This document shows, piece by piece, positions 22,172 through 33,595 of a stretch of 64,000 nucleotides of DNA. Positions within the stretch are counted from its first letter, which is position 1. Each line of letters starts with the position of its first letter. This DNA comes from Pelagomonas calceolata (Eukaryota). The stretch lies in assembly GCA_918797485.1 (NCBI GenBank), contig CAKKNE010000003.1, forward strand, positions 5,270,001-5,334,000, written 5' to 3'. The notes beneath the pieces were generated by a model. It did no database searches, was not told the DNA's origin, and was given only the letters and a program-made list of their open reading frames with translations. Made by a program: the position numbers and the translations under genes.

Positions 22172-23687
22172 ATGCGCCGCCTGTGCCTGATGATCTTGGC
22201 GACCGCGCAGTGTCACAGGGTGGCGGTCCTCACGACCAGCGACTGCCGGTCGGCGTCGCCCGTCACGCACCACGAGTTCGGCACGCAGCTCGCGGCGAGC
22301 CTCGTCGTGCTCTTACGCATGCGTGAGCTGTTTCCGGGCTGGGACGCCTTTCTCGCCACGCGCCCGTCGAAGTGGAACGGCAGCCCCGGGTCGAACGCGG
22401 CGAAGGACGCCAGCTGCCGCGAGGTCTGGGACGACCTCTCGGGGCTCTACCGCGAGCGTTTCGGCGCGGAGCTCCGCCTCGTGAACTACGACCATCGCGA
22501 TTTCGCGATGTTGGACGTCGTCCGTTGTGTGGAAACCGGAGGACGAGAGAGTACCCCTCGCCGGCCTCCACGCCATCGAGCAGACGCAGTTACAAGGGCA
22601 ACGCCTCGCGCCGGGGGCGTGGGGGCTGACACTCGAACTCGGATTTGATTTCCGCACAGGTCGTCAGCCGCATCCCGGGCAAGGAGACCGACCACAGCCG
22701 CGGCCACTGGCCCTCCGAGGCATTCGTGCACCTCGTCATCGGCGCCCGCATGCTGGAGGAGTACGGCTACTCCCACACGGTCTACGTCGACGCGGACGCG
22801 TGGCCGCTCGACGACGCGCTCCGCTTCGAGGTCCCGCGCGTCGATGGCATTGGGTGCGTCGCGGCCCTGCCCGCACAGTGCCTCGAGGTGCGCCGATCCC
22901 CGCGCCGCCGCGCCGCCTCGGGGAAGGAGCCCCCTCTCCCGCCGCGCAGGTCGAGCTGCCGCGGGGAGTCTCCTCGGCGGCGAGCCGCGCGGCGAAGGAG
23001 CGCGCGGACGAGTATCGCCTCGTGACGGACCCGGCGCTCCGCGCGGGCGTCGCGGAAGCGGCCGCGCGGCTCGGCCACGGCTACCGGGTGGTCAACGGGA
23101 CCAACTCGGGCGTCGTCGTCTACAACAACGAGTTCTTGAAACACGCGCGCTGGGCCGATTGGATGCACGCACTGGTAAACGTGTCGCGACGAGGCTTCTA
23201 CGGCGACCAGACCGCGCTGACCGTGGCGCTCGGCCGCGCGGACGTGCCCGTACGGTGGCTTCACCCGCGGTTCAACGTCATGGTCACGTTACCGTACTCG
23301 TACGTGCTCAGTTCGTGCGGCGAGGACGCGCTCTACGCGGGTCGCGCGGCGCGCGCGGCGGGCGCGGCGCCCGTGTCGATCGCGCACTTTACCTGGGGCC
23401 CCAAGCCCTGGATGAAGGCGCTCGACGCGTGGCGCGCGACGCACCGTCTCAAGACCAACGCTGTCCAGAACGACGGTCCGCTCGCCAACGACTACCGCGC
23501 GTGGGTGCGCGAAACGCTCGGCGCGCGGCGCGTCGCGCGCTTCTTCTCCGACGACGCGATGGCACCGCTGCCGAACGCGACGGCGCCCGGGAGCGCGCGT
23601 CTCGACCCCCGACCGTTCCGCCGGTGCGGGGCGCTGACCGCGGGCGGCGCGGGGCCCTGCCATGGCGGCATGTCGTCCGTCCGGTGA
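22172..23687 (+). CDS. GT8-family glycosyltransferase
   Basis: Signal peptide; YVDAD, NSGVVVYN, GDQTAL, RFNV and AHFTWGPKPW; introns 22517-22659 and 22888-22949. Confidence 0.8.
22525..22659 (+). mobile_element. Introner element forming intron 1 of the GT8 gene
   Basis: TSD GTCGTCCG / GTCGTCAG (7/8); TIR TTGTGTGGAAA ... TTTCCGCACAG; core shared with 41865-41976. Confidence 0.85.
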
Positions 23688-23931
23688 GATGAGATGGCCC
23701 AGGGTGCAACTTACGCGGAAAGGACGCCGCGCAGTAGTTGTAAGATGCGTGGTTTAGTCAAGGTAGAACTTTCTTCTAGCACTTTCTACACAAGTTTTAA
23801 GATTCTAGAGGTCGATTAAGCCCTATTTGCTGCGCTCATAGGACAATCGGCCTCTAATCTAAAAAGTGATATAAAAACCGACACATCAAGAAAAATATAT
23901 AGAAGCCCGGTCGCCAGCCCCTACTAGTAGG

Positions 23932-24092
23932 CCGGTTGCCACTTACCTGAGGGGTTATTGACCCCAATCGCGGCCCGGGGTCAGTTACCCGGGTAATTAC
24001 CCGTTACTACGGGTTATTAACCCCAGGATCTTATAGAGGGGTAGGGGAGGGGGGCCATGGGCCACTGGCGCGGGCCTGGGCCGCACCGGGCC
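23932..24092 (-). mobile_element. Partial inverted copy of the 19777-20158 MITE
   Basis: Reverse-complement match to ~19997-20155, including the degenerate TIR. Confidence 0.85.
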
Positions 24093-24286
24093 GCTCCAGG
24101 CCCCGAGGGCGGCAGGAGCCTGTCACAGGCGCTCCCCGAAGCCTGACGGCCCCAGGGAATGGCAACGCGGCGCGGCGCGCGTAAGTAGCGCTAGCGACCT
24201 GTAAGATACTAGGCACCGTGCCTAAAGCACAAAAAAGCCTAGGCGCTACAGCATAGATGGTCCTGTCGTGACGCGGCGTTGCGAGA

Positions 24287-25334
24287 ATGCGCGAGAACGG
24301 CTTCGACTATCCGCTGCATCCGCTGCAGTGCCTGACCTGGGCCTTGTTCCCGGTCGTCCTCCTCGACTTCTACTGGCTGCTGCTGCCGCTGCTTCCCGGC
24401 GAGGCGACGCGCTGGGCTGTCGGGACGGTGTACACGGCCGCCGCGGCGACGACCTTCTTCTGTGCTTGGATCACCGCGGCCGTCGACCCCCGCGACCCCA
24501 GCGTCGCCGCCGCGGCGCCGCCGGCAACGAATCGCCTCGCCCGGTGTTGCGAGCCGCTGGCGCTGTGGCCGCCGCCGGTCGGCGAGGACACGTGCCGCTG
24601 CTACCTCTGCCAGGTCCACGTGTTCGCGTCGTCGAAGCACTGCCGGTTCTGCGACAAGTGCGTGCTTCGCTTCGACCATCACTGCAAGTGGCTGAATACG
24701 CGCGCGTCGGCGCGGCCGGGGCGCCTTCGTATATTCGTCCCGGGGGCGCGCCGGGGGAGAGTGGGGGCGCCCAGACGACGCCCGGGCGATCAGGTGCGTC
24801 GGTGCCAAGAACTACGGCTACTTCCTCGCGGTGATCGCGTCGACGTGCGTCTTCACGACGATGCAGCTCGCGCTCTCCGTCTACGTGGTCGTCGAGCTGG
24901 CGGTGCCCGACCGCCGGCGCTCGGCCGTCGCCGCCCGCGCGCGCCGGCACGCCGTCGGCCGCGAGCGTGGCGTCGACGCGGTCCTGGCGCTCGTCTGCGC
25001 GTACGCCGCGCTGCTCGTCCCGCTCGTCGTATTGATCGGCCAGCTCGCCTTGTTTCACGCCATGCTCGTCCGGAGGGGCCTCACGACCTACGAGTACATC
25101 CTGGGCGAGCAGCGGGTCGACGAGCGCCCGTCGGCGCCCCCCAGGACCATTTGTGAGCCGTGCGCCCCGCCGATCCCGCCCGCCACGCCGGAGGATTCTC
25201 CGGACCTCGTCGTCGTCGAGCGAGGACGCGGCGACGGCTCGCCGCGCCGCGCCGGCCCGGCGGGCGGCAGTCCTGCGCCGACCAGCGGAGACATTGGCGC
25301 CGCCGGCGGTGTGTCGTCTACTAGTACTATTTAA
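24287..25334 (+). CDS. DHHC palmitoyltransferase (ZDHHC1/11-like N-terminus)
   Basis: [41 protein letters not shown] joined by GC-AG intron 24700-24793; TTYEYI; four TM segments. Confidence 0.92.
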
Positions 25335-25863
25335 ATAAATAAATAACTCGGGGAGGCGGCGTATGAGGGCCGGGGGCGGGGCGGCGTCGTGGTAGTTAGG
25401 CGGCCTAGCTCTGAGCAAAGCAAATAAATAAATAAAAATAGAAACGAAGGACACGCAATGGTCCACAGCACAAGGCCTGGCGCTTTTCGCCCGCGCCCCC
25501 GCGTGACATATATAATGCAAATACAGATCCGCAGCCAGATCCACCGCCGCCGTGGTGGGTATTTCGCACAGGGCAAGAGAAGAGGCCGGGCCGATAGCAT
25601 GTACTTCGTCCTGGAGCCGGAGGACGCGGCGCCGAGACCTCGGGCTAGAAAAGAATACCTGCTGTTGTTTGAAAATAAAATAATAAATACTAAAAAAATT
25701 AACTTGAACTTGAAGCCTGAGGAAGATTCGGACCTAAAAAAGGAACCCGCTCTCTGCTCGGTCAGGATGCCCATGAGTAGTGGCGTTATTATTACTACAA
25801 TTATACCAGGCTACTAGTACTAGAGGCAAGCGCTCGGCGCTATCACTGTCACAATGTCCGGGC

Positions 25864-27762
25864 TTAGAACTCGTCCGCCTCGGCCCACGCCGCCCCGTCG
25901 ACGGCTCCCTTGAGGTCCGCCAGCCCCGAGAGTCGCTCGAGGAGGCCGGGGTCCGCGCCCACGTCGCGGACGAGCGCGACGCCCCGGTCGCGGTACGCCG
26001 CGACGACGGCCGGCGCGCAGGCCGCGCACCGGTCGAAGGCCGGTGTGGTTGGCAGCACCGTCGCGTAGTGAGTGAGAAAGCCCCGGATCGAGTGTGGCAC
26101 GAGGCCGAGGGGCCGGTTCCCCGGGAGGGGCGCGCCCGGCGGCGTCGCCGGGTCTGCGGGCGCCGCGCCCTCGCGGGGGTGGTGCAGGAGCGCGACGAGC
26201 AGCTCGACGGCGAGCGCCGCCGCCGCCGGCGCGAGGCCCGGGCGGGATACGGTGCACTGCTGGTCGAGCGTACGGTCGCGCGTCGAATTCGTCGGAGCCG
26301 CGACGTCGCCGCAGAAGTAGCAGCCGAGGCCGTTGCCGCCGTGGCCGTGACGCTGCACCACGAACGTGTCGAGGCCCAGCGCGACGTTCACGAGAAGCGT
26401 GCCGCGCGCCGCGGCGACCACGGTCGGGAGCCACCGGCTTTCGCGCGTGTCGGTGAGCAGGAACACGCAATCCGCGTCCGCGACGAGCGCGTCGAGCGCG
26501 TGCACCTCGGCGTCGGCGGCGTCGCCCGCCGGCGTGCCGGCGGCCGGGAGCGCGTGGCCCGGCATGGCGATCGTTAGCTTTTTTCCGACGAACGCCGGCG
26601 GCGCGGCGGCCGAGCCCGGCGCGATGCGCCGGAGCGCCGCCGCGGCCGCCGCGGCCTTGGGGGCCTGCGCTTTCGCGTCGTCGACCGTGTAGAGCCACTG
26701 GCGCGCCGGGTTCGAGTACGCCACGGTACCGCCGTCGACGAGCGTCACGCGCGTCACGCCCCACGCGACGAGGCTGCGCGCGACCGCGCAGCCCAGCGTG
26801 CCCGCCCCCAGGAGCAGCACGCGCGTCGCCGCGAGCTTTTCGACGTCGAGGCCCGGCAACAGTCGCCAGCGCATGAGCTCGAGGTTGAGCGCGGCCGCGG
26901 CGGTCGCCAGCGCGCCGGGGTCGGCCAGCGGCGCGAGGTCCGCCGACCGCGGGGCCATGCGGCCGCTCGCGTTGGCCTCCCAGCCGACGACGGCGACGTC
27001 GGCCGCCGCGCCGCCGGCGACGCGCGCCTCGACGACGCACCCGCCGCGGCCGCGGAGCAGCGCGATGCGGAACGCGCGCCGCTCCGGGAACCGCCGCGCG
27101 AGGAGCCACAGGAGGTTCCGCGCGGGCCAGCCCGGCGCGCCGGCCGCCGCGGGGTCGAGCACGCAGAACACGTCGCCGCCGGCCGCCTCGCGCAGCGGCG
27201 CGCGCGACGCGCCGGTCCACGCGAACGCGAGCGGTGCGCCCGGTTCGGCCGCCGCCGCGAGCAGCGCGCGCGCGGCGGCCGCGCCGAGCGCGTCGTCGAG
27301 CGGCGCCGGCGCGCCGCGCGTCGCGGCCGCCGCCGGTCGCAGCACGAGCGCGGGGAACGCGAACCAGTAGACGTACGCGTGCCGCTTCAGGTCAGCGAAC
27401 GCGACGACCTCGAAGGGCGCGAGGCGCGCCGGGTCCGCGAGCGCCGCGCCGTCGTCGACCGCGGCGGCGAGCGCGTCGCCGGCGCGCCGGAGCAGCGCAG
27501 CCTTATCGACGCGCCGGAACGCCTCGAGCGTGTTGACGACCGTCACGCGGCCCGCCAAGGCCGTCGCGCCGGGCGGCGCCGCGCCGTCGCGCAGCGACGC
27601 CCCGTCCAGCACGAGACGCGCGCCGCCGCCGGCCCAGTAAAAGCCCCGCGCGGGCCGCGGCGCGTCGTCCAGGCGCCAGTCGCGCAGCTTGCGCTCGGCC
27701 ACGGCCTGCCAGAACGCGACCTTCGGCGCCGACGAGAACGGGACGAAGCGCAGCGCGTCCAT
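25864..27762 (-). CDS. ATG7: Ubiquitin-like modifier-activating enzyme ATG7
   Basis: FADLKRHAYVYWFAFP, LNLELMRWRLLP, LLGAGTLGC, LGCYFC and DRTLDQQCTVSRPG. Confidence 0.96.
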   Translation of the reverse strand: MDALRFVPFSSAPKVAFWQAVAERKLRDWRLDDAPRPARGFYWAGGGARLVLDGASLRDGAAPPGATALAGRVTVVNTLEAFRRVDKAALLRRAGDALAAAVDDGAALADPARLAPFEVVAFADLKRHAYVYWFAFPALVLRPAAAATRGAPAPLDDALGAAAARALLAAAAEPGAPLAFAWTGASRAPLREAAGGDVFCVLDPAAAGAPGWPARNLLWLLARRFPERRAFRIALLRGRGGCVVEARVAGGAAADVAVVGWEANASGRMAPRSADLAPLADPGALATAAAALNLELMRWRLLPGLDVEKLAATRVLLLGAGTLGCAVARSLVAWGVTRVTLVDGGTVAYSNPARQWLYTVDDAKAQAPKAAAAAAALRRIAPGSAAAPPAFVGKKLTIAMPGHALPAAGTPAGDAADAEVHALDALVADADCVFLLTDTRESRWLPTVVAAARGTLLVNVALGLDTFVVQRHGHGGNGLGCYFCGDVAAPTNSTRDRTLDQQCTVSRPGLAPAAAALAVELLVALLHHPREGAAPADPATPPGAPLPGNRPLGLVPHSIRGFLTHYATVLPTTPAFDRCAACAPAVVAAYRDRGVALVRDVGADPGLLERLSGLADLKGAVDGAAWAEADEF

Positions 27763-27862
27763 TCGTAGGCGTCCCTCGCTCTACTTCAGCATCCTGAAAA
27801 TGTTGATGACTACTGCGGTATGCAGCAAGTACCGCAGTACCGCCTGGCACCTCTTAACCTCT

Positions 27863-28159
27863 TAGAGAGAGAAACCTACTAGCCCTTCCTACCCGATATG
27901 TATCTCCCACTCTCTCTAAATTTGAGTCTATACAGCGAGTGTCTATTGCACTACGTTGTAACAACAATTTACTATAAAACACTCTCGTAGTTAGGTTGGC
28001 CCAGTGGCAGCCCTCGGCTGGTGAGCTACTAGTAGGACCCTTGCACTACGTTGTAACAACAATTTACTATAAAACACTCTCGTAGTTAGGTTGGCCCAGC
28101 CCTCGGCTGGTGAGCTAGGACCCTGCTACCTTACATAACGCTGCGACATACTCTTGCTA
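27863..28159 (+). mobile_element. Solo LTR of the 10.5-kb copia family, with an internal tandem duplication (27946-28040 / 28041-28123)
   Basis: Reverse complement of 10536-10730; no PBS follows. Confidence 0.75.
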
Positions 28160-28524
28160 CCTCTACGCCGAGACTACGGTATGCCTACGGTACTATGCGT
28201 ATAGATACGCGATATATCGTGAAAACGCGATGCGAATTTGAAGGCATCGCGCCGCGATAAATAATACATGCTAGTATATAATTGCAATTGGAAATATGTT
28301 GGTATAATACTAGAAGTATACTGACCGCGCGTCCCTCTACGCCACAATAGTCTGGCGAACATGCTCGCCCTTTTTTTGGCCCTTCAAATCCAACCTGGCG
28401 AAGTTCCTAATAGGCGAAGTTCCGACTGTGTAGTAGGACACACACCATTCGAGTCTTCGCGAAAACCGGTGCAGTGTACCCGTGATGGGCCGGCATTTGA
28501 CATGAAAGAGTGCAGGTAGCGCGT

Positions 28525-28934
28525 CTACGGCCGGAACGCGGGAGTTTCGCGAGGCGGATGGTGGTCGCAGATGCCCGAATGTCGCTCGACCCACTGCCAC
28601 CACAGAAGTCCCGTCGCCGGATCCACTGGCATTTTTTGTAGCATCTCGAGCTGTTTCTGTTGGATTGCCCCCGTTTTCCACGCCTCGTAGAACTCTGTGA
28701 GATGCCGGTGGACCTCCATGCTGCTCAGAATCTTCTTTGGCCGCGCTGTCGACGTAGCCTACGAAGCATTCCGTGTGCCCGTCACAAATGCGACGCCGGA
28801 CGGGCTGAAAAAGTTCCCTTGGCGTTGGACGCTGGACCCAGTACCTGGCTGTATTCGACCGGCTTCGAGTAATCGCTCTCCGCGTCGTCGGGGCTGCCGC
28901 AGTCGCCAAGACCACAATCTAGGGAATTGCCCAT
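28525..28934 (-). CDS. Hypothetical spliced gene, possibly N-myristoylated (MGNSLDC); extent uncertain
   Basis: ATG 28934, plausible intron ~28759-28785 and downstream exon MEVHRHLTEFYEAWK; no recognisable domain. Confidence 0.25.
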
Positions 28935-29147
28935 GCCGCAATCGCGCAAGCGCGCCTGACACACGATCAGCTCCCGCAAGCGAGCTTCCCCATCGCAGGG
29001 GGGCAGGATCGACGATAAGAGGAGGCAGCAGCTGCGCCAGGCGTTCGTGAGGCGTAAGGCGCGTATTTGCACGGGAATTATAAGGTACCGTAAGGTACGA
29101 AGGGTACGTGAACAGCGCCTTAGCAGCCTCACCCCATCTCGCGCGGT

Positions 29148-29732
29148 ATGCCGTATGTGCGCGAGGACACCGTGGACCTTAAAGAGAAAGAACGGCGCAT
29201 CGACGAGGCGTACCACGTTCGGCGCTGGCCGTACTCCGCGTGCGCCGCGTCGCATGACAAGCCGCGCCCCCCTCGGTCGCGGCGTCGCCGCTCTGAAGGT
29301 GGCGACAGCGACGACGACGACACTTACGACTCGCTTCCAGCCCGGTCGTACGCGCGCACGAAGCCGCGGCCGCGGCGTTTGAGCGGAGAATACGCAGGGG
29401 GTGAAAGCGACGACAGCTCCTACAACACGTATGACTCGCGCCACGAGCGCGATGACAAACACACGCGGCGCAGCACGCGGTCGCGTCGTTCCGCCGGCCG
29501 CCGGCGCGGCGCTCACGTCTTCGACCATCAGCGCCCGGTATTCCACTCGTATGACGTCGTCCACCGCCACTACTTTCCTCACTACCACCGCGTGACGCAC
29601 ATCAATACATACACGTCCCTCTCGAGCTACAGCCCGTGGCCTGGGAAGACGTACGGTAGGATGGTCGAGCTGATTCGCGTCGAGCAGCGCGCCGATAAAG
29701 CTGGCAACACGAGCGCTGCTACCGGAAGTTGA
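29148..29732 (+). CDS. Hypothetical low-complexity (R/S/D/H/Y-rich) protein
   Basis: 194-aa ORF with GC3-biased codons. Confidence 0.35.
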   Translation: MPYVREDTVDLKEKERRIDEAYHVRRWPYSACAASHDKPRPPRSRRRRSEGGDSDDDDTYDSLPARSYARTKPRPRRLSGEYAGGESDDSSYNTYDSRHERDDKHTRRSTRSRRSAGRRRGAHVFDHQRPVFHSYDVVHRHYFPHYHRVTHINTYTSLSSYSPWPGKTYGRMVELIRVEQRADKAGNTSAATGS

Positions 29733-29981
29733 TCTTGAGGGCTGCTGAGCCCGCTAGCTGCCACTCATCCGAGACTTGCTGAGCCGGCCCGCCGGCAGCT
29801 AGCAAACTGTATGTCCCTGGCACCTCCCTGCAATGGAAATACACGTCCTAGGATCCCAAGGTTCAACTGAGACGTATCCAAGCACAACCCGTACTTGTAT
29901 TACCCGCCTAGGCTACTTCCCATCCTAGGGTACTCCGATATCCCCTTAGTAGGGGGAAGTCGCCTCTCACTCCTAACTATT

Positions 29982-30273
29982 ATCATCCTGAGTCACTTTT
30001 ATTGACGGACACAATTCCCCGTCACAAACCCCATCAAACATGGGAGAAACTATTTCGTTAGGCGACTACACTACGCTGCCGGGGAAGTCCGGAGCTACAC
30101 ACTCTATTTCCCTATGCATCGCAGGTTATGGGCCCACGCTCTGCGTGGTGCCAGTGTTACTAGTAGCCTGAGACGGAAAATTTGAGATCACAGATCCGTG
30201 GTTACCAAATAACATCATCCTGAGTCACTTTTATTGACGGACGCAATTCCCCGTCACAAACCCCATCAAACAT
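29982..30273. repeat. 60-bp direct repeat (29982-30041, 30214-30273) flanking a second-family copia-type PBS (30124-30136)
   Basis: ATCATCCTGAGTCACTTTTATTGACGGAC(A/G)CAATTCCCCGTCACAAACCCCATCAAACAT twice; CA|GGTTATGGGCCCA between the copies. Confidence 0.8.
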
Positions 30274-30480
30274 ATGCGACCTAAATAGCTTGCGCGCTCT
30301 ACAGTGACTTTTTCGATGGAGATAAACTCCCCAGTTATCAGGCGGCCCGGCAGCATCCCAGCCCGCTGTGGTGCACCACAGAGCCACTTTTAGCCTGCCC
30401 CGCCATAGCTTTTTGTACGAGGACTGGCGGTTGCTAGCCTAGATATCTGACAACGTTTGGTTAGATACGGTTCGTTACGT

Positions 30481-30637
30481 TTGGCGCGGGGGCGCGTGGT
30501 CCGGGGGCCCTGGGGTTGGCGCCCGTTGTGGCAACGGCCTTTTCCCCACTTATAAATCTCCCAAATTTTATCTTAGCTTCACTATCCTAGTTTCATTTAT
30601 CCTAGTTAAATACCCGGATAGAATAGGGCTAGTGAAT
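30481..30637. repeat. Dispersed repeat A; inverted copy at 36764-36921
   Basis: About 155 bp of reverse-complement similarity read directly. Confidence 0.85.
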
Positions 30638-30741
30638 ACCGGTACGGTACCTACGGTACCTACGGTACCGTAGGTATCTGCAGTAACGGCGGAGTCAAGG
30701 CGGAGGACTTGTGGCCGGCAGGCCAGCGGGCGCTTTGCAAG

Positions 30742-31614
30742 ATGCAGGATAAGTTTCGGTTCTTCCACGTTCCCAAAGCAGGGTCATCTTTTGCACCGCT
30801 GGTTTGGGCCATGGCGTGCGAAGCTGGAAACAAATCGTTGGACCTGCTGCTCAAGCCGGGAGGACTCACTAGGTTTCCCGCCGGAGTGCTCGGGCCGCGT
30901 TGTAATGTGCGCTACCTCGGGGGCGGCTCGCGTGTCGAGCCCGACTACCATCACGCAGCCCTTCGTGGCGACGAAGAGGTCGCCGCGGCCATTGGTGTCT
31001 TCCGCGAGCCCGCGTCGCGTATCGTGAGCGCATATCATTATGACTACCATGTGCACCTCCCTACATGGGACCAAGCGCCCATAAATCGCACGGCGTTGCT
31101 GGCGCTCCCCGAGGCGAACAGTACGCGTCTCCTTGCGTTCGCGCGCCTCCCGATCGTGAGTAACACTGCGACCAAGATGCTTATTGGCTCACCTCCGGGC
31201 TCGATACGGCGCATCGTGGCCGCAGATATCACTCTAGCCCTGCGACGCGTCGCCGCTTTGCGCTTTGTCGCTATCACGGAATGTCTTCACGAGGCAGCCG
31301 ACGTCCTCCGCGTGGCCAAACATGACTGGGGCTTGGACAATGTCTCGTTGCCACCACTCCGTTCATTCCGTACAAACTCTCTTCTCGGTGCCAATGACCG
31401 GCAACTCGATATCTTGGCTGTTACCGCTGATCTGCTACGGCGGTGCAGCGTCCATGACATGGACGAATATGACGCAGATGTTGAGATTTACAATGTCGCA
31501 GCCTGTCGTTTCCACAGGGCTCGCCACATTGCTCACGTTGAGCCCCAGTCGCCGTTGTGCGCTGAGTCGGCGCGCACATTCTCGCCGCAGTTCTGTCGTG
31601 CGAGACATATCTAA
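30742..31614 (+). CDS. Sulfotransferase-family protein
   Basis: 5'-PSB-like FFHVPKAGSSF, 3'-PB-like FREPASRIVSAYHY, FVAITE and DVEIY. Confidence 0.8.
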   Translation: MQDKFRFFHVPKAGSSFAPLVWAMACEAGNKSLDLLLKPGGLTRFPAGVLGPRCNVRYLGGGSRVEPDYHHAALRGDEEVAAAIGVFREPASRIVSAYHYDYHVHLPTWDQAPINRTALLALPEANSTRLLAFARLPIVSNTATKMLIGSPPGSIRRIVAADITLALRRVAALRFVAITECLHEAADVLRVAKHDWGLDNVSLPPLRSFRTNSLLGANDRQLDILAVTADLLRRCSVHDMDEYDADVEIYNVAACRFHRARHIAHVEPQSPLCAESARTFSPQFCRARHI

Positions 31615-31722
31615 GATGGATAAATCGTGTGCACACGAGGCGCAGCGTATTCTAAAGGCTGTGGAGAGCAATTAAAGTACAAGGATTGCGGTTAATGAAG
31701 CGCTGCAGATCCCAGTTAAGCC

Positions 31723-31822
31723 AGGTATGGGGCTAGTATGATTTAAAGTAACTCGGGTTAGGGGCTAGTATGATTTAAAGTAACCCCGGGTATGGGCCTA
31801 GTATGATGTAAAGTAACCCCCT
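31723..31822. repeat. ~33-bp tandem repeat, three copies
   Basis: GGTATGGGGCTAGTATGATTTAAAGTAAC(T/C)C unit. Confidence 0.85.
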
Positions 31823-31953
31823 AGTAGGGGGTAGGGTTACTTACTGAAGTAGCTCTAGAGCTACTCCAGTCATCGCACTCCCCTCCATTTTAAAATGGCA
31901 ACCTGCTATTGTTTTACACTTACTACACGCTTCTCGACCAGTGATTTGGCCGC

Positions 31954-32504
31954 TCATGAGAGGTCAAACTGGCTCGGCGTGTAGTTGATGGCCGCGAGTC
32001 GCCGCACGTCGGCCTTCGAGACTCCCTTGGGCTCGAATCGCCGGAACAAGATATCCATGAGCTCAGGTCCGACGAACGCGCCAACCGCCTCGCCCTCGGC
32101 GCGTCTCACGTCCGCCCGGAGCGCCTCCGTGCGGTCGTTCGCCGTAAACGTTTCGAGCAGCCGCCGCCTGCGTGTGGAATCAAGCTCCAGCAGGCTAGCC
32201 TAGACCAAGACGCGGTCTTTATGTCTTGGAGTGACCTTTCAAAGAGGGGCGGGCGGTGGATTATTGCGAAGCCCTTCTGCCTCGAGACTCGTTTTTAGGA
32301 CACTGGACATCACTTCTTGAGATGGCGCAGCAATTCTCGCTTTTTTCGCCGCCTGTCGCGATCGGCCTTTTGTGCGTCGGTCTGCTTGAGCCGGCCCGCA
32401 ACCTTGGCTAGCGCCCCAAGGCCGAGGCCAGGTTTCTTCGGCTCGGGCGCCTCGCTAGGCTCGACGGCGAGCGCAGCGCCGGGCGGCGGCTCCTCGTCGT
32501 TCAT
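31954..32504 (-). CDS. Hypothetical protein (~135 aa), two exons
   Basis: Exon 32504-32314 plus GT-AG intron 32168-32313 gives a continuous frame to stop 31954. Confidence 0.45.
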
Positions 32505-32620
32505 GTCATCTGCAATCGTAATACAACCGTTTTTGTATACGTCCGGCTGTTGCGGCTCCCGTGACGATACGCTGTGCCGTAGGTACCGTGGTACCTACCT
32601 GCTATGATATGGCCACGTAT

Positions 32621-32775
32621 CCTATGTAAGGCTGACTCAGGTTTGTCAGCTATGTTTGGTATCTTGGCAGCAATATCGTCACATCTAGTGGCTCGCTGCA
32701 AGATACTTTCTTATACTTGCTCGTGTCCCATAGCGCTCCGATTGTGAGAGCGCAGGACAAAGGAGCAAGAATTTT
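32621..32775. repeat. Dispersed repeat B; inverted copy at 36947-37103; followed by an AT-richer ORF fragment (32817-33092), probably TE-derived
   Basis: Near-identical 155-bp reverse-complement match. Confidence 0.85.
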
Positions 32776-33595
32776 TGGAGTGGGTTGTGTTGCTATTAGG
32801 TTGTTGAACTTCTCTGATGGCTGAGCAGCCTCTCGCAGGACCTGCGCCGGCGCCGGCGCTGGTCTTTACAGCGAGAGAACCAAGCGAGCTCCTTAAACAA
32901 CGGTATGGTGAAAACGAGGAATTCGTGGAAGTCTCGTATATACCCCCGTCATTAGCAGGAGCTTTTGCTGGAGGCTATAAAGATACTGAGGGTAAGATCG
33001 TGTTTCCGCGGTCGATGATAGCAGCAATGGCGCTGCTCGAGTCTAATCATTTCGGAGAACCAGTGGCTCACGCTCAACAGGTTAGTGGATGATGAGACTG
33101 GCTGTCTACACCCGAATGGAGTGTTACTTCTTCTGAGTCTTCCTCCGCTAAGAAACCTGAACATCCAGAGGGGCTCAAACGACCTTGTATTATTTATTCC
33201 AACTTCAAGTTTGTATTATCGACTTGAATCTCACGGTTGAGGGGGTTCCCATGCTCTCACGTCTCAGCGAGAGTCCTTCCTGTTGGCATCTCCGTGTCAC
33301 ATTGACACCCGAGAGCCTGAGACCTAGCTACCATGACCGTGACCGTCGCGGTGACCATCATGATAGCTCAGGCTGCATTGTGCACTGACTGGCATACTGC
33401 ACCCACTGCCACCCAGCTCATCAGATCCAACTTGAAGCACAAACCAAAGCTGATATCGCTGCCAGTGAAGGTGACGGGACCAGTGGACCTTATAAGGTCC
33501 AGCTCGCGAGTAAGTCACGGTCACCGAACCACCTACTAAGACGGCCATACACTACTATATGTCACTACTAGCCCCGGACCTAGGAAGCGAAACAG

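Noticed and set aside
31723..31822. 33-bp repeats as a possible CRISPR array
   Set aside because: Direct tandem units without spacers; no cas genes.
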